From contig MU053588.1 in the NCBI GenBank assembly GCA_013239625.1, forward strand, positions 2,428,508 to 2,492,507: a DNA stretch of 64,000 nucleotides, in the 5' to 3' direction. Source of the DNA: Lama guanicoe (Eukaryota). Of the stretch, positions 61,442-64,000 are shown piece by piece (the first letter of the stretch is position 1; the number at the start of each line of letters is the position of its first letter). Under the pieces are notes generated by a model. The model saw nothing but the letters and a program-made list of their open reading frames with translations. It was not told the DNA's origin and searched no databases. The translations under genes and the position numbers were made by a program.

Positions 61442-62692
61442 CCCGCTCGCCCATCCCCAGGTTTATTTATTGGATGGTGACCGTCTGGCTGGAGGGGCCC
61501 CGAGATGCGTGGAGGCCTGAGGTTGGCCATGGGGGAGCTGAAGTCCAGGGATGGGAGAGGTTGTGTTGCACACCACGCAGGACCAGCGTGGAAGATCGAA
61601 GGGCCTTTGGAGATCAGGGAGCGCCTAATCTTCCATGACACAGGGGTGTTAAGAACTGGCAAGGCAGCGTGACCTGGTTGGGTCCCACCATGAGTCAGAA
61701 CCAGACTGGGTCCTCTGACCAGCCAGGAAGGGGCTGCAGAGGGTGCAACTAAACCACGCGCCTTGGAAGAACACAATGCAGATGCCGCAAGGCACAGGCA
61801 TGACCTTGGGCCTGTCACCACATGAATGACTGTGATCACTGCCTCCTTGTCAGCCCCTCCCTCTGCAAGCTGGCTCCCTGTGGGGCCCCGGAGAACCAGA
61901 CCTTATTTGTGAACAAATGTAAGAGCCATTGGTTCACCACCCAGACTAGTTATAGCCCCAGCTCTTCATCCGGGGGCGGTGGGCACTCAGACTGGCTCTA
62001 AGGGTGTGGCCCCACGGGACTGGCCTGGGAGCTGACACTGCTGGGCGGGGCCTCGTTCACCCTGTCCTCTCCACCTTTGGCCCCATGGCATCCTCCCTAC
62101 TCCTGGGAGAACTCTGCTGACCCCTGCAGACCAAAACCACGGCCAAGTCCCGTGTCAGCACTGTGACCAGCACAACCTTGTTCCTCGGGCACCAACCTCA
62201 GCCTCGGGACTTCCTCATCTGCCCTTTACCCTTTTCTGTCTCCTTCCTCCTAGCGGACTAGACTGCGGTGGCAGGAAGGACTTTCAGATGGAGAAGAAGG
62301 CTTGGGAATCAGCTGCCTCCCTCGGGAGGCCCCCAACCCTAGCCTCTGCCGTGAAGAGGCCCTGCTTTGGCCTGAGGCACAGGGTGGGTGGGGCTACTGG
62401 CCACCACCTTGGGCCTGCAACCTGGTCCAAACCAAAGACCCCAGCACCCTGAGGTGTCCTCCTCCTGCACCTAACTCTGGGTTCCTGGCCTGCAAGGCTG
62501 GACGTGGGGAGGACAGGCACCTCCCTCTCCTTAAGCCAAAGCTCTAACGTGGTCTTCCAGGGCCGAGGTGCGCTCCTTTTCTACTGACTATCTTTATACT
62601 TATTTATACGTGAGAGGTAGTTGTTAGGTGGGGCAATGCTGGGGAACAGGAGGCAAAATCAGTGCACCGTCTCCCCCCCATGAGGACACCCC

Positions 62693-62698
62693 AATAAA
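62693..62698 (+). terminator. Probable ITPKC polyadenylation signal AATAAA
   Basis: AATAAA followed by a GT/T-rich downstream element (gtcagttttgtggagtcttctcttttg). Confidence 0.75.
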
Positions 62699-63931
62699 CA
62701 GCACATTCAGAGTCAGTTTTGTGGAGTCTTCTCTTTTGCATCACGGGTGTGTGGGCTCAGAACTCATAATCTGAGCATTAGTGATGGGGCAGTGAGGGGA
62801 TCATGACTGGTTTGGGGTGGAGGCAGGCTCAGGGCAGGCAGGTTCATTCACCGGTGTCACTGAGCTGCTACTCTGGTGCCTGGCTCTGTGCAGGGGAAGC
62901 AGCAGTGGCCAAGACAGCTCAGTTCCTCCCCTCTCAGAGTGGATGCAACAGGTATTCGTTAAATGGTAATCTAACTGTATTGGTATTATCTGGTTTGAAT
63001 CCTGTCCCTGCCACTTGCCAGTCATGTGACTTTAGGCCAGTGACTGCACTTCCCCAGGCCAGTCTCTCCATCTGTCAGATGGAGAGGATCTAGTACCTTC
63101 CTTATGAAGCTGCAGGATTTGATGAATTAACAGGGGTAAAGGGATTGGCACACTAACCAGTCTTAAAGGCATTTGTTTTTTGTTTTTAATCAGAACAGGT
63201 TGGGGAGGTGCCTAGCCCAAAGGCTGAGGAATGTTCCCTGAGGAAGGAGCCAGGATAGAGAAATTTCAGAGCTATCTTTAGCAGAAGCTCCAGGGGGAAC
63301 AGAACACTCTAGGGACCTGAAAGGCCAGAATCTCTGGCTGGTGGCAGGAAGTGTGAGGAGGAACAGCCTGGGGTGAGGGAGGTGAGCTGGGGTTGGGAGT
63401 TTAGTCCCTATCCTGCCAGAAGTGGCAAGGCTGCTGGCAACTTCTCTGGAGGGGAGTGGCGAGACCTTGGTTTGCCTTTTTAATGGCTTCCCAGCTCCAT
63501 GTGAACAGACACTGGGAGGCAGCAAGGGGTCCGGTGAGGAGGCTTTTGCAGAGAGAAGGCAGTGGTTTAGAAGGTGGTGGTCACCAGTGAGAAATGGGTG
63601 GAAGCAACACTGACATGGGTTGGACAAGATCTGGGGACTGAGCCAATCAGTCTCTTCTGTGTAGAGGAAGCCTGCCTGGCTCCTGGCTGTAACCCCAGCC
63701 CACAGAGTAAGTGGGTGGTGGGCTTCGGGGAGGAGGAGTTGGGGTGATGCCCAAGAATGGGACTGGATGGATTCAGGGGGACCCTGTAAGAAGGAGCTCT
63801 GGTTGGAGATCCTCAGAGATCCAGCCCAACCCTCGGGCTGTGGCACAGGGGGAGGAGCTGGGGCGCTCTGCAAACGTGTCAAAGCTGGGCTGTGGCCAGG
63901 TCCTGTCACCCTGGTTCGGGGCTGCAGCAGG

Positions 63932-64000
63932 CTAGTGGCTGGAGTCCTGTGGTCTGAGGAGCAGGGCCTGGCCGCAGAGGCCGGCCCGCAGCCCGCCAGC
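63932..64000 (-). CDS. ACTMAP: 3' end of the actin maturation protease (C19orf54) last coding exon: ...AGGLRAGLCGQALLLRPQDSSH* (runs off the window)
   Basis: Minus-strand frame matches my recollection of the human C19orf54 C-terminus (GGVRAGLCGQALLLTPQDCSH), at the expected syntenic position convergent with ITPKC; stop TAG at 63932-63934. Confidence 0.82.
   Translation of the reverse strand, partial: AGGLRAGLCGQALLLRPQDSSH

Noticed and set aside
63190..63909. 239-aa minus-strand ORF
   Set aside because: Lies in the presumed ACTMAP 3' UTR after its stop, with a GTG start and no recognisable domain

Overview
GC-rich mammalian genomic DNA, not microbial. It holds three complete spliced protein-coding genes and the 3' end of a fourth, in the order known from human chr19q13.2. 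NUMBL: minus strand, 10 coding exons, 5448-25990, 602 aa. COQ8B/ADCK4: minus strand, 14 coding exons, 27604-43250, 525 aa. ITPKC: plus strand, 7 coding exons, 47015-61441, 673 aa. ACTMAP/C19orf54: minus strand, last 22 codons plus stop, 63932-64000. I traced every exon by hand to GT-AG boundaries with consistent phases. Twelve copies of a tRNA-Ala(AGC)-derived SINE resembling camelid vic-1 suggest a camelid genome (inference). Introns also carry L1, MIR, hAT/MER and MaLR/ERV fragments. Nearly all entries in the supplied ORF track are spurious. I found no wholly new gene system. The most notable structures are: (1) kilobase-scale UG-rich and CA-rich tracts bracketing the 85-nt NUMBL exon 2, whose skipping would give a uORF ending in an AUGA overlap with the NUMB-like Met42; (2) an in-frame COQ8B exon 14 to NUMBL exon 2 read-through junction; (3) a frameshifted relic of the human COQ8B C-terminal tail in the 3' UTR; (4) a six-copy RFX X-box array near the COQ8B start; (5) two foreign AT-rich inserts that each split a MIR; (6) a PxIxIT-like motif in ITPKC. 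Comparisons with human proteins are from memory and need confirming by alignment.
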